A DNA stretch of 64,000 bases from Octopus sinensis. Its lineage: Eukaryota. The notes beneath the pieces were generated by a model, which searched no databases, had not been told where the DNA came from, and saw only the letters and a program-made list of their open reading frames with translations. This document shows, in pieces, positions 9,236 to 23,578 of the stretch; position 1 is the first letter of the stretch, and the number at the start of each line of letters is the position of its first letter. The DNA lies in the NCBI RefSeq assembly GCF_006345805.1, contig NC_042998.1, positions 142,414,001-142,478,000 of the forward strand. Reading direction: 5' to 3'. The translations under genes and the position numbers were made by a program.

Positions 9236-12199
9236 GTATATTAATATTTAGCAGAAGCAACAGAGCGACTTAAGGTCGAGAGTTTCGTGCGTTGGCACTT
9301 ATCATTTTGATAAGTGTCAACGCACATTAAACTCTCGGAACTTGAGTCAATCTGTTCTTTCCGCTAACTATTAATAAAAATATACATATACTCCTGTCTT
9401 GAGTCCTATTTTTCCTGTTTGCATTAGAAGTTGCGAGTAGATAAGTAACAGATATTTAAAAGGTATTTCAGGAAAGTAAAGATAGGTTTTGTAATGAGTA
9501 TATGAAATGTTTTATATATGCTTCACCTCGAGACGTGACTTTTTAAATAGATTTTTAAGCAAAAACAATGCTTAGCTGATTTTGAACATTTTGCAATGGG
9601 ACCTAGTATTGTTTCAGTAGATTGAAAATAAGAGAAAGTGGAATGTTGGCTGTTATTAAACAGTGGTAGTCATTTTTAGCAGATTTCTATTGGTTGGCTG
9701 TGCTTTCCACTTCACCAAACGATCAATATTTTATTATTCTGTGGATGATGTTTTAATCAAATGCATACAACCTTTACATATTTATATCACTGTACCTTGG
9801 TAAATATTCTAATAATAGCTTTAGAATTTATCTCCGTTGTTATTTAATCCCAATTCAGCTCTGACCGAACAAACACGTGATAAATGGTGTTCCATCCATG
9901 ACTAATCCGTTTTATTTTCCAGGAATAGTGTAGTGTATTAAGAAACGTATCCTCTTCTTAAGATTGTAGTGAGTAATTTTAGAAAGATATCGCTGCTATA
10001 TCTAGCAGATGACCAACCTCATAGAGATTTATTCGTTAATTAGATCTTTATCGTTTTCGCCAGGATGCTTGGGTGATCGGGTGATCAAAAACGGTTGTAC
10101 CAAAATACATGCTTTACAATATTTACGACCATTTACGTTTGAAGTTCAAATCCCGTAAATGTCAAGTTACCTTCTTCAGCCGTCTGAGGTTGATAAAATA
10201 TCAAGTACTTTTATTGTAACAGAGCAGATTATCAGCTACCTTCGTTACAATGAAGATGCAGTGCCAAAGATGGAATTATTATTGCTGTATTTTTTAAACT
10301 GATTATTGCTATCCATTATAGTCTTCCTACACAAAACAAAACATTGTAAGAATTGAAGCACACCAAAGATGGCTCAGAAAAACAGTATGACAAGCATTGA
10401 TTATTGAGATGGTCTCAAAAAACTCAAATTTTATTCTTCCTAACGATTCAGTGAGCACTCCACTATTTATACAATATCGAAAATATTCCATCAGCGCTAT
10501 TCAAATACGGTTGATATCAAGTTCATAAATCAACTAAAGCTGGACTCCAGAACTATATTCCCCAACAAAAATCACCCTCATATCACATGACATTGCGATA
10601 CAACTGTTTTACCTAAACAGATTCTTTTTCATTTAGAATTTATTCAGAAAGAAATCAAAGAAAAAAGAGCCAATAACATTCAAACGGTACGCGAAAATAT
10701 TACTCCAAGAAATACCAGACGAGCCACCAACACTTTATTACATCTCAGTAAACAGCAACTTCTTACTCGGGTGGGACATGATGCCCTAAAATATACCTTA
10801 GAAAAACTACTTCCTAGTGGCGCTTAGATCATATGTAAACCAATAATAGCCAAAACTTAAGTTATCTATGTTAAACTGAGGCATTGCAGTTTTAAATTTG
10901 GTCACATTTTTACGTTTAGGTTGATTATTTCTGATATAAAATAATAATCGACCTAAGAGAAGAATCCGTTCTGACCATTTTCAATAATAATCATTCCCAG
11001 TCCATTTATATTTGCACATATATCTGTGTATGCGTTTTCTACGATAGTGTGCAAGTAATTGTGTGCGTATGTAATAAGAATATTTTGAAAATATATATAT
11101 ATGAATATACTGGACGGTTTCAGCACTTTTTGATTTCTCTCCCCGAAGATGAAACAGTGAAAATCAAATCAGACATATTTTACACTCCTTTACAAAAGAT
11201 TTGGTCCAAGTGCAAATAAACAACATTTTATACGGCTGCGTTTGCTGTTTTGCTCAGACTGCATCAATTGTTATGAACTGACATAACATTGCAGCAGTAA
11301 ATAACACTGGGGAACAATTTTAAATATAATTTCCGTTGAGTTCAATATTTCACTTGATTCTACTGAAAATTGGCCTGCTGATTTCAAAACTACAGTCAGT
11401 TTTCTATCACGTCAAGTTTTGGAGAGTTTTTTTACTACAGCTTACTTTCTGAATAAGCACAATTGTATTGTTTGGTCAGCTGATTGCATTTATAACTTTG
11501 TTGATAAGGAGTGAGAATTTTTCCGATCTGGTGATTTAGTTTCAAAAGATGGCAGACTATAGTCAGGTTCAAATCTCCCTCCAAAAAGTAAGTCCCGATT
11601 ATTGACCAATCAGATGCCTCAGCTGATCTTCAATCCTTAAGAGTCAAGTTGCTGTTTCAAGATGGAAGCTGGAAGTAGGCTTGGTGCTAAGATGCATGAA
11701 ATTTCATGAATATGGCCAAGATATGGGAGTAACAAACACTTTTGAGCAGAGGATTCGATGTTAGGAGGCCAGAGAAGAGATTTGTGCAGTGGAGGAGAGA
11801 TGGCAAGGTTTTGAAGTGAATGAATTGTTGATTTGAATTGTGGAGGCATTTTCTCCTGAGGTCCGAGGCCTAAATTTCTACCCTGTTCTTTTTTCTTATG
11901 CAGTATTTGTGTGAATGTATATGTATGTAATGTGTATTTTTATGAATGTAGATGAAAGTATGTTCATTTATGGATGCATATCCATACACATTTATATAGA
12001 ATACACAAATTTATCTGGGATAGCAGTTACAGGTCTCAGCGGTTGCTCTATATGGCTGATTATTATAGTATTCTGCAAATAATAGATAAAAGTTTGTATG
12101 CAATGGGTTAACAGGCCTTATGTAATTTTTTCATTTGATTTTGTTTTCGTTTTTCCTGTTCAACTTAATTTTTATTCCAATGTTTATTTCCTTTCTTTC

Positions 12200-13772
12200 A
12201 GATCATGTCTTCTTCTGCTACTTCTCATCGTAAGTGCCGAAACAGCCCTGATTCCTTTTGTTATATCTGTGGCAATTTCACCATTCCCAGTTAAAGGGCA
12301 TTTTCACCATTTCCAGTTAAACATCGGCGCATTTGTAAAGATATGTTATCTTGCCCAGTCTTATTAAAAGTTGGTGATCAAAACAAGGTTTGGGCCCCTC
12401 ACAAGATGTGCAAGCAGGGTGTCGAAAGTTTTCCGATGTGGATCAAAGTTGGAATTTAGTACACTTATGACTTGGCAAGAGAAAAAGGTCATTGCACGGA
12501 CTGTTACTTTTGATTAGTGAAAACTTCAGGATATAACAAGAAAACAAATGTAAAATCGTGTATTCTTGCCTAGCATCAGCTATATATCCAGTACCTCATT
12601 CAGCTGAAATCCCAGTACCATCTTAAAGATGTGGATCATGATGAAGAACTCAGTGACAACAATGATGCAGATTTTGAAATTAAAGATGACCCACTTCGCA
12701 AGGGATTAAATTAGCTCGAGTTGAATGATTTTGCACGAGATACGGAATGATCAAAAATGGCTTCAGAATTCCTAGCACCAAGACTGAATGAGAAAAACTT
12801 GCTTAAAAAAGGAACAAAACTATCCTACTTTTGGTCCAAGGAAAGTGCATTTCTATAGTACTTTCGAAGTGACAGTAGGTTTGTGTATTGCCATAACATG
12901 CAGGGTTCACTGGAGGAACTGGAAGTTCTAATCTACAACTCAACCGAATGGCCACTTTTCATCAATAGCTCAAAGCGGAGCTTAGATTATGTCATCCTTC
13001 ACAATGGCGATTTAGATGAGGCAGTCCCAACTGGGCATTCAGTTTGTCTTTGTGAATAAAGTGGAGATATAGAGTCATTGAGTTGTTGCAATATCACAAA
13101 TACAATTAGATTGTCTGTATTGACCTTAAAATGGTATGCTTCCTTCTTGGTCATCTAGACGGATATCCCAAATATCCCTGCTTTCAGTTCATTTTGACCG
13201 CAGAGCTCGAGAGAAGCATTGGGTGGAGAGGAATTGACCTCCTAGACCTGACCTCAAACCTAGTGATTCCAACTTTCTACATGAGCCACTTGTTGACATA
13301 ACGAAAATTATATTCCCACCCCTGCACATGAAGGTCATAGAGGAATGCTATCAGGGTAGATGGGACGTAAATACGATGACTGACTATTGTAGGAGATTGA
13401 AGTACAACTGTACGCAAATTAAACACTCCAGGAAAAGCTATGAGCGCAAATTTTTATCTTAACTATTTGCACAAAATTTGACTCACAGTAAAAATATCCT
13501 CTCAATTAACAAAATAAATTTGTTCAAACTTAACAGTCAAACAATATTATATTTTTTCCGTTGTATGTAAATTTTTAAAACATTCTATGAAAGAAGAACA
13601 GATCTGTTAGGCGCAATATTTTAAAGGTTTTGAGATAAATTCAGGGTATCCTGTAGCTCAAAAAATTGACATGATACAGAAACACTGGGGGCATTTTTTT
13701 AGATTCAGAAGTCAAAATTTTGTCGAAAACAAGTGTCAGATCTAACTCAACGAAAATTGTGTTCTTCACTGT
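12200..13772 (+). mobile_element. Decayed, internally deleted DNA transposon, probably Chapaev3-like
   Basis: Broken reading KVGDQNKVWAPHKMCK..HCTDCYF..SAIYPVPHSAEIPVP..KIIFPPLHM..KVIEECYQGRWDVNTMTDYC. The family is assigned from recalled motifs, not a search, and the ends are approximate. Confidence 0.6.
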
Positions 13773-15519
13773 AATATGTATATACGTATGTCTCAGTGCA
13801 AACTCTTGCAGTCATACACGGCGTATATATACGTAATTTCAGTTGTACATTTGTGTGAGTGTGTGTGACATATATATGTATGTGTGTGTGTGTGTGTGTG
13901 TTTACACACACACATGCACTCACACACATACACACGTACATACATATATATGCACTCAAACGCACACACAAGTATGTAAATGCAAATATAGATATCTATA
14001 GGTTCGTATATATATATATATCAAGCATATATGTAACATTATTAATACATGCACATATCCTCTTCATTGTCAATGTCTATGATCATCATTTCCTCATAAT
14101 GTACTGGGTATATATGTAAATATGTAGGTATGGGTGTGCATGTATATGTATATATGCGTGTGTGTGTGTATATATAAATGCATATATACGCACATTTCAT
14201 CGTATATGTATACATACATATATATATTCAGTCATTATGAGGATATAAAGCTTCTTATAGGGATGGTTCCATCCAAGTTACACTGGTTTGATATATTATA
14301 TTATTAAAATATATCTCTTCAATAAAAATATAAATATCAAATATTATTGTTGAGAAAATGGAGAGATTTAATGGATATAAATTTATCAATTAATTAACAT
14401 TTATTAATCAATAATTAACATTGACTAATTAACAATTAATTAACATCAGTTGAGATATATGCTTTGTACTTTGTAACGAGTGTAAATTGAAACAATTGTA
14501 GGAAATGCTGATTAATTAATAAATTAATTTATATCCATTAAATCTCTCTATTTTCTTACTTAATAATATGTGTGTGTGTGTGTGTGCGTGCGTGTGTGTG
14601 TGCGTGCTTGTGTGTGCGTGCGTGTGTATGCGTGCGTGTGTGTGCGTGTGTGTGTGTGTGTGGTGTGTGTGTGTGTGTGGTGTGTGTGTGTGTGTGTGTA
14701 CGTATCATCACACAAGTATACATATATATATAAATACATATATGCATATATGTCTCTAAACGCAGACACATATATTCATGTGTGTGTGTGTGTATAACTG
14801 AGAGAATTACTGATGTAACTAGGAGATGAAGCGCGTTCGGTGATGTTGGAGATAGAGCTGATACTGACGTGTAAAAGTCCACGTAAATGTTAAAATAAAT
14901 GACTACAATGTGTGCTGCATTGCAAGTGATGAAAATAAAGAAAGTTCACGAAGGCTGGTTTAAAATAGAACATTCTAATTGATTCTAACTGTAATAAGTA
15001 CTGGTAAGATGTAATGAGATTTTGTTTTCTTGTGTGTGTACGTAAAACCATTAAATGGTGTAGCAACACAGGAAGAAATGGCATGACTTACTACATATGT
15101 TTTAGTTGTTTATACGAAGCAGAGTGAAAACTGATATTCATGAATTGAGTCGCGCGACGTAAGTGGTGTGCACTAAAATAGTAGCTTGTCGAAGGAGGCG
15201 ATGTTGTCACTAGGGTTGTCAATGCTGCAACTCCTTAGCTATTTTAAAAAGGCACGCAATACTGCTGGGTGGATGTTATTTGTATCCTTCCGCAGCCAAC
15301 TCTAATTGGTTGAAGTTGGCATAGCACGACTGTGTTATGCCACGAAGACAAAATAGCTCTTTCGTGTCTCACTACATATATATACAGTATGTGATGGGTA
15401 ACTTGTCGCCATTTTCAATTTCGTGCATCTACATCGTTTGTTTTTGATTTTATCGTCTACACAATATAGTAAGGTCAGCTGGGCACCGTCTGTGAGAAAA
15501 ACAGCACCTTGACGCAATT

Positions 15520-16261
15520 CACTCTGCCAGAAATTTGGAAACGACATGCTGAACTGCTTGGCATTCGTGCCGGAAGCTCCAAAACGAACATTTCAGTGTT
15601 TGAGTGTCAATCTGATAACAGTGTAATCTGAGGCCATGTACCAAGAGCGATAAAAATCAAACATCCAGTCAACATCATGGTGTTTGGAGTGATCACTAGT
15701 GATGGCGACGTTATGTCTCCATTCATCTTCCCACGTGGCCTCAAACTCAACACGGAAGCCTACAAGTACATGGAGGAGGTAGTGCTGCCCTGGGCCAAGA
15801 GGGCGACTGCTGGTAGACCCTATGTCTTTCAAGAGGACTCTGAACGATGCCACACAAGCAGGAGAACCCTGTCATGGCTGTCAGACAATTTCTGCGACCA
15901 CATCACTCCTAACATCTAGCCACCTAACTCCCCAGACTGCAACCCTCTTGATTATTATATGTGGGGCGCAGTTGAGCGAGAGACCAACAAAATTCCTTGT
16001 AACACCAAAGATGAACTGAAGGCAACGATTATGGCAGCATTCACCAACTTAAACAAGGAGACCGTCCAGAAGTGTTGCAACAGATTCCGAAGTTGTCTGG
16101 AGGCCATGGTTGAAGCCAATGACGATGTTATTGAATAAGTTTACTCTTTGGTATTTCAAGATATTTTTATGTAATTTTGGTTAATATATCTGTTAAAATG
16201 AGATGTCGGTGTTATTTTCATTTTTTCGTAAATTAGACGTCAATTTATTCGCTGCACCCTG
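15520..16261 (+). mobile_element. maT (DD37D) Tc1/mariner transposon remnant
   Basis: KHPVNIMVFGVITSDGDV...VFQED-x37-D (PPNSPDCNPLDYY) with a stop at 15917-15919 and an internal deletion. Right TIR ends ...GCTGCACCCTG|TA. Left end not resolved. Confidence 0.9.
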
Positions 16262-16307
16262 TATGTGTTTGTGTGTGTGTATGTGTGTGTGTGTGTTGTG
16301 TGTGTAA

Positions 16308-16344
<37 letters not shown>

Positions 16345-16999
16345 GTGTGTGTGTGTTTACATATGTATATATACATATGTGTGTATGTATATATATATAT
16401 ATATATACATATATCATCGCATACATTCGTCCATACATGTAAACACTGGAATACAAACATGCATACATGTATGTGTGTGTGTGTGTATGAATGATGTATA
16501 TATTTGCGTGTATATGCGTATATGTGCATGATTATATGTGTCCGTGAGCAGGTATGAGCATTTGCATGCGTGTGCGCGCGTTTGTATTTACGCATATTGT
16601 TAGGTGGTTACTTCATAGTTAAATACATGCATATAATTTCATTTATATTAATATATTCAGATTTATTCAATGATTCTGAGATGAAATTTTGGCAATGGAA
16701 ATTCAAAATTATTCCTTCATCTCCATTCTATTAAATGCAGTTACAGTATTTCCCGTGTTGGACAAACGACCTTCCTTGCTATTTCTGGCAACTATATTCT
16801 ATAGGTTAATACACTTACTTCCCAATATATATACAATTATATTTAACTAACAATTGCCCAAAACAAGCAACAGGCGCCCATCGCTTGGCTTTGTGCAATT
16901 TATTTGGTATTTTGTTCTTGTCTCCACCACCACCCGACGACATATCTATCTCTGTCTCCCTCACACACTCTCTCTCTCCTTCACTCTCTCCCTCTCTCT

Positions 17000-17042
<43 letters not shown>

Positions 17043-17231
17043 CCTCTTTCTTTTTCTTCCTACGTCTTCCTCTGATTCCATTATGCATAGTTTCCCCTCT
17101 AAAATGGTTAGGATGCTACACAAACTGATTAATAAAACTATAATAACTATAGCTGCTGCCGCTGCTACTACGAGCACTACTATAAATAAGTACAATACTA
17201 GTAGTAGTAGTAGTAGTAGAGGCACAAGACG

Positions 17232-17670
17232 AGCAATTTAAGGGCCAGAAGTTACTCGAGACTGTCGACTCCGGGTACATGACTGGTACTTGATGCTTTG
17301 GACTCTGAACGGATGAAAGGTTAAAGTTGGCTTCGATGGGACTTGAAATCAGAATATAGAGATGGAATAAATATGCAAAACAATTTCTTTAGACGTTCTA
17401 ACGATTCTGCCAATCTACCGCTCAAGCTAACAATAATAATAATAATAATAATAATAATCTTTTCTGCTATAGGCACAAGGCCTGAAATTTGTGGGTGGGA
17501 GATAGTCGATTACACTGACCCAAGTACTCGACTGGTACTTATTTTATCGACTCCGAAAGGATGAAAGGTAAAGTCGACATTGGTAGAATTTTAACTCAGA
17601 ACGTAAGGACGAATGAAATGCCGCTAAGCATTTTCCCCGGCGTGCTAACGATTCTGTCAGCTCGCCGCTT
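17232..17670 (-). mobile_element. Two tandem tRNA-derived SINE copies (GGCGAGCTGGCAGAA-head family)
   Basis: Reverse complement of the 50472 SINE head and body. The second copy ends in ...GGCCTTGTGCCTATAGCAGAAAAG(ATT)n. Confidence 0.8.
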
Positions 17671-17684
17671 TCAGTCATAATGAT

Positions 17685-17697
17685 AATAATAATGATG

Positions 17698-17741
<44 letters not shown>

Positions 17742-17747
17742 TAATAA

Positions 17748-17778
<31 letters not shown>

Positions 17779-17885
17779 AAGAATAAGAAGAAGAAGAAGA
17801 GAAGAAGAAGAAGAAGAAGAAGAAGAAGAAGAAGAAGAAGAAGAAGAGAAGAAGAAGAAGAAGAAGAAGAAGAAGAAGAAGAAGA
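17685..17885. repeat. Compound (ATA)n-(AAG)n microsatellite
   Basis: Directly visible. Confidence 0.95.
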
Positions 17886-18426
17886 TTACAGGCACTGGCT
17901 CTCATGGCTTTTGATCTTCACTGTTTGGAAGTGCTATCATGTACGTGTTTTGTCTTGGTATAAAAGATGGGCTACAGTAAATATTCTGCTCAATACCACA
18001 GATTTGTTTGTCAGTTGTTTGACCTTAACCAGTTGAGCATTCCCTAGGTGGCTGACGATATGTGCATCTCTGATCACGAGCAGAAGTAGTGGGGGAGCAT
18101 CATAGCCATGTGTTGAGAGGGATTCTTTGGGGTTTGAATAATTCACCTCTGGAAACATGGGTGGTTCTTTCAACACCCTTAAACAACCCTTATTCAGGGA
18201 CCTTTTGAGCGGGATGGGCTACTCAGCCTGAAGAAAATTCTAACTGGGCCCCACCTGCAAGGTCATGTGCTGTTTATCTTGATATGATCACCATGTAGCA
18301 CACATGCGGTTATAATGCTTGTGCTTGGTGTACCCTTATCAGACGGGCAGTTATGATATGTATACTAGGCTTCGTTTATTTCATCCCAGTGCTAATTTGA
18401 TGGCATGCACTGCTCTCTCACTCAAC

Positions 18427-18504
<78 letters not shown>

Positions 18505-18920
18505 TGATGATGATGATGATGATGATATCTTAAAAAGGATTGACGTAGCTCTTCACAAAGGTATATAGTCAAGACGAAGAGCGCGATTCGATTGTAACCA
18601 AAATCAAGTAGATTGAGATGATTGATTTTATGGTACACAGAAAAAGAATTGGATCATATAGAATTCTAGAAGTTACCAAAGCATCCGGGTGTCTAAAGAA
18701 AATCGTAATGTAAAGTATAGCTTTTGCGTTTTACTTAAAGACTGATGATGTCATTTCATCAACGTGTGAACGCTGGTTGCTCTCGTTCGTACTTTAAATT
18801 TCTGTAATTTTGAATTTTTATCACCTCTTATTTTGAACTTGACAAAGACAGACATACTATCGAAATATCGTTCAACCAATAAAATATCTATTACGATCGT
18901 ATCGCGCTCTTCGTCTTAAC

Positions 18921-18961
<41 letters not shown>

Positions 18962-18964
<3 letters not shown>

Positions 18965-19267
18965 CTGAGAATATGCTGAGACCCCCTTTGGTCATGACTG
19001 ACCATAGGATTGCACCTAGAAAGTAACCCTCACAGGCACAAGTCCGGGCAAGGCTGTTTATGGAAGACCAGCAGTTGCCCAAGCATACAAGCCTCGCCTC
19101 TCCGCGCCACTAATGTTATCCAAGGGAAAGGCAAAGGCCGATACAGCTTGGTACCTGCGACGTCGCAACTCATTTTTACAGCTAAGGGAACTGGAGCAAC
19201 GTGAAATAAAGTGTCTTGCTCAAGAACACAACACGTAACCCGGTCCGGGGTTCCAACTCACAACCTC

Positions 19268-19268
<1 letters not shown>
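18962..19268 (-). mobile_element. tRNA-derived SINE with LINE-like tail
   Basis: Minus-strand head TGAGTTGGAACCCCGGACCGGG...GTGTTCTTGAGCAAGACAC, as in the 27965 and 28218 copies. Ends in (ATT)n. Confidence 0.6.
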
Positions 19269-19329
<61 letters not shown>

Positions 19330-19523
19330 GTTATTATTGTTATTATTATTATTATTGTTGTTGTTGTTATTATTATTATTACGGTTTTAAATTTTAGCCA
19401 GCAATTTCGGAACAGGGGATAAGTCAATTACATTGAGCACAGTGTTCAACTGATACTCACTTTATTGACCTGAAAGGAGAAAAGTAAAGTCGATCCTGTT
19501 ATTATTGTTGCTGCTGCTGCTGC

Positions 19524-19593
<70 letters not shown>

Positions 19594-19600
19594 ATTATTA

Positions 19601-19644
<44 letters not shown>

Positions 19645-22140
19645 CATTGCCTTTGACGACCTTCTAACACTAGAGATGTACTACGGTGTCAGCTGTTCAC
19701 TACCAGTGAACTAAGATAACACTCCTTATTTTTCGAGCACGTTCCGGAGTATTCGAGCGGTTCCAAGCAGTGATGTTTTCTGCAAGTGCTCCACCCTTAT
19801 TGCAGCTCCTATTTGTTCCATCTACTTCTCAAGATTTTTACTCACTGTTCCCAGGGATCCGATAATTATTGGTACTACTACCACCTTTTTCATCGACGAC
19901 AACTGCTTAATCTCCCAAGCTAACCTGTCATATCTCTCGACCTTTCTCTCTTCCTTACCGCATACCTTGTTGTCAACTGGGCATGCTATATCTATGATCC
20001 AGCATAGTTTGCTTTCTTTCTCAATTAAGACATTTTCCGTCCGTTTCAATTAAGACTTATTCCATCCATTTAATTTCGACTTAAGGATCAGTCTCAGTAT
20101 GCGCAAGTGTCATTTCTTTCTCCATCAATTTATCCATTTCCAAAATCCCAAAAGTACTTATAGCCCGTCTCTTCTATCTGCTTCATAACCTCCTCCGATG
20201 GTATCGTTAGCCCGTCCATACATTTGATGTTGCCTCTCTTCAAGACTAACACACAACACTTTCTCAGTCCGAAATCCATTCTGATATCAGCACTGAATGC
20301 ATACACCGTATCAACGACGGAACTGACTTGGGATTCATCATTACTATGAAGTTTGAGGTCATCCATGAATAAAAAATGGTTGGCTTTTTGTTGGCGGCTT
20401 TTGAATACATACCCAGCTTTTGCTTTCCTCAGAATCAGTGTTAGTGATATCAAGCACAATACAAAGATCAGCGGAGACAGGCAGTCCCCTTGGAAGATGT
20501 CCCTCCTGGTTTCTACTGTCCCTAAACTTCTTCTGTATGCTGTCAGGTCCATCCTCCAATTCGCCATACTTTTTCCAAGCAATCGCTCAACATTCGATGC
20601 AATACCAAATAGGTTCATACATTCCATAATCCAAGAATGTGGGATCATATCGAACGCCTTGCGATAATCGATCCATGACATGGCTAAGTTACTTTTCCTC
20701 CTCTTGCAGTGTCTAGGTACAGTTTTGTCTATCAGGAGTTGATCCTTGGTACTTCTGCACTTACTCTTGCAAACCTTCTGCTCATTTTATTCCAGCTGTT
20801 CGTACATTGATTCTGGGAGTATTCCTGTCAATAATTTCCACATAAGTGGCAGACAGGATATCTGCCTGTAATTGTCTACCGTATTGCTTTTTTCGATGTT
20901 TTTCAAGCACAGCACTGTCCTACCCAATATCAACCACTCTGGTATTACTTGGTCGGAATTTAACAAGGTGTTGAGTTGCGCAGCTATTCGTGCATGACAT
21001 TCACCAATTTTTTTGATCCAGTAGCCTTGAACTCTATCTGGTTCCGAGGCCTTCCAGTTGATCATTTATTTTTTTTGTTGTTGATTTCCTTCACTTCCCT
21101 AACAGAAATGACTAGTTCTGTCTGTTTTTGACAGACTACTGTTTGTTTCAGTTCTTGCAACCATTCAGCATCCTTCTTGTGCTTTGCTTCAGTTGTCACT
21201 CAAAAACCTTTGACTTTCATTGTTATCTGGTATCAACTTTTTATCTGTACACTCTCCATTTATTTCTTTATAGAATTTCTTCTGATCTACTCTGAATAAC
21301 CTGTTCTGCTGGTAACCCTTCATTTTTGGTCGTATCTTACCATCTTTGCTTTCTTTGCAACGAGGTGCTGTTTCAGTTCCTCCATTACCACTTTCAGGCC
21401 CTTTCTTTCAATATTATACTTCCTTTTCGGTGCCCTGTATTTTTGTTCGCTTTTAAGCTCCCCTTTCTCTTTTCGGTCTAACACAGAAATGCCTTTCGAG
21501 AGCATATCTAACCCTGCCTATATTCTTTTCCACCATGAATCTTTTCTTTTGTCACTCCCATTTTATTTCTTTTTCTGCTACAACAATACTTGCTGCCTTG
21601 ATCAAATTATTTGTTTCTTTGATGTTTGTTCTGATGTATTTCAGAATTTCATTGACATTTTTCTTTTCTTGGTTCAATTTCCACCGATCAACCTTTTTAA
21701 GGTTGAAAATATTGTCGCTATCGTTCTCCTGTAGTCTTGTCTTTATTTTGTTGTAGATTGCCTTTTGTTCATCTGTCATGTCACCATTAGTTTTATTGTC
21801 TCTCATCAGGTAAGCTACCATTGCTCCTTTCCTGTGCTATGAGATTACTTTTATTAGTAACAACTATATTTTCGTCGTTATCTCTGTTGTTATTTTCCAA
21901 TACCCGTCTTTTCATAGCTTCGAGCTCTACTTCTGTGAACCAACGATTTTTTTCTTATTGCTCTAGCTTCATCAACATTATCTCTGTTCCGTAAGTTGAA
22001 ACAATCCCTTTTCTCTCCAATGATCTTACATACGTTGTCGGTAACCCCTAATTTGAGCACAATTTTCATCTACAGGGTTGCTCAGGTAGTAACACTCCAT
22101 AACCACAGCATTAGATTTTAGTTACTTCCTGTGTTGTTGA
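19645..22140 (-). mobile_element. R4/Dong-clade non-LTR retrotransposon (RT + restriction-like endonuclease), decayed
   Basis: [28 protein letters not shown] and [10 protein letters not shown] (RT), then RTENVLIEKESKLCWIIDIACPVD (RLE PD..D). The 3' end runs into (TAA)n, and (TAA)n also lies beyond the 5' side (22367-22510). Internal deletion between RT and RLE. Confidence 0.9.
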
Positions 22141-22367
22141 TGTTCTTGTGTTAGCTGTTGTTGTCTTTGCTCTCTTTGCTGGGCAGTCTTCAGTCTTCTA
22201 TCACCGTTGTCAATTACTGCCTTTATTGCTGTATCTATGTGTAGTAGCAGAAGTAGTAGCAGCAACAGCAACAGTAGTAGGGATGGAGTAGTGGTAGTAG
22301 TGGTAGTTGGGCCTCAGATTCCTGTGCTATCAGAATAGTAGTAATTGTAGTATTAGCAGCTGCTGCA

Positions 22368-22423
<56 letters not shown>

Positions 22424-23516
22424 TACTATTATTATTATTATTATTATCATCATCATCATCATTATTACCATCACCACCACTACTATTGTTATTATCATTA
22501 TTACTATTTCCATTTATTATTAAAAGGTTTTATTAAATGTTATTTATTTTCAACTTTTGTCTTGTACTTGAGATAGTCATAAATATGTGGTTCTTGAAGA
22601 AAATAGTTGGAGGAAGAGTAGCAGCTTGGTGAATAGATCAAATTCTACAGGTCTATAAATAGATTCGGCAGATGGTGAGGAGGTCAGCAATAGAGTACAA
22701 AAGAATCTTGCATCCTTTGGGTCAGCAGAGGTCAAATGTGTTTACTACTACCAGTGACCAATGACAGCACTGACCTTGACCTTGAAAAGAAACAATTCAC
22801 TCTGTTCTATTTGTAATTACTGGTAGAAAAAACAATAATTATATATACTGATATTCACGTCGTTGAATTTTTGAATTTCTGAATTCTATTGTGTTGCTGC
22901 AATAAAAGGTATGTTTACATATTTGGGTAGTCTGGGAGAAAAGTAAAATTAAAGTTTAACACAAAATATAATATATTAAAGATTTTAATTTTTCTTGAGA
23001 TGTTCATTTGTCTGTCCATTTGGAGAATACAGTAGTGTTTTTGCAATGAAAAGGATGTTTACATTTTCGAATACTCAGGGAGAGAGAAAAGAAAAGGAGG
23101 GTAACATTTTCACAGAAAGTTGTAGATATTAAAGTTTTCAAATTTACTAAATATTGTCTTTTGTATGACCTCACAGAGAAAATTGTACTGTTCTTAGAAT
23201 AAAAAAGGATGTTTACATTTTCGAATACTCAGGAGAAAGGAAAGGATAGGTATTCACAGAAGTTGTAGATATTAAAGTTTTTTTTTTAAGTTGATTGCTT
23301 GTGTGTTAGGAAGCTGTAGATATGTAAGTTTCCTAACTTTTTTTGAGGGAGATTTTAAATACTCACCGGAAATTGTTGATATTCCAGCCTTTGGGAGTTA
23401 TTTTACCGTTTTCCTGCTGGGTTATATTAGTGATTCTGTGCCTTCGGCTGAATGGTCAGAGCAGCGAAGAACATGTCCAGCCGCTGTCAAGGCTGGCGCT
23501 ATATTATATCTATATA

Positions 23517-23578
<62 letters not shown>

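Noticed and set aside
18730-18790. CTGATGA hammerhead candidates here and at ~30570-30650
   Set aside because: No GAAA, stem III or stem I in the correct register.
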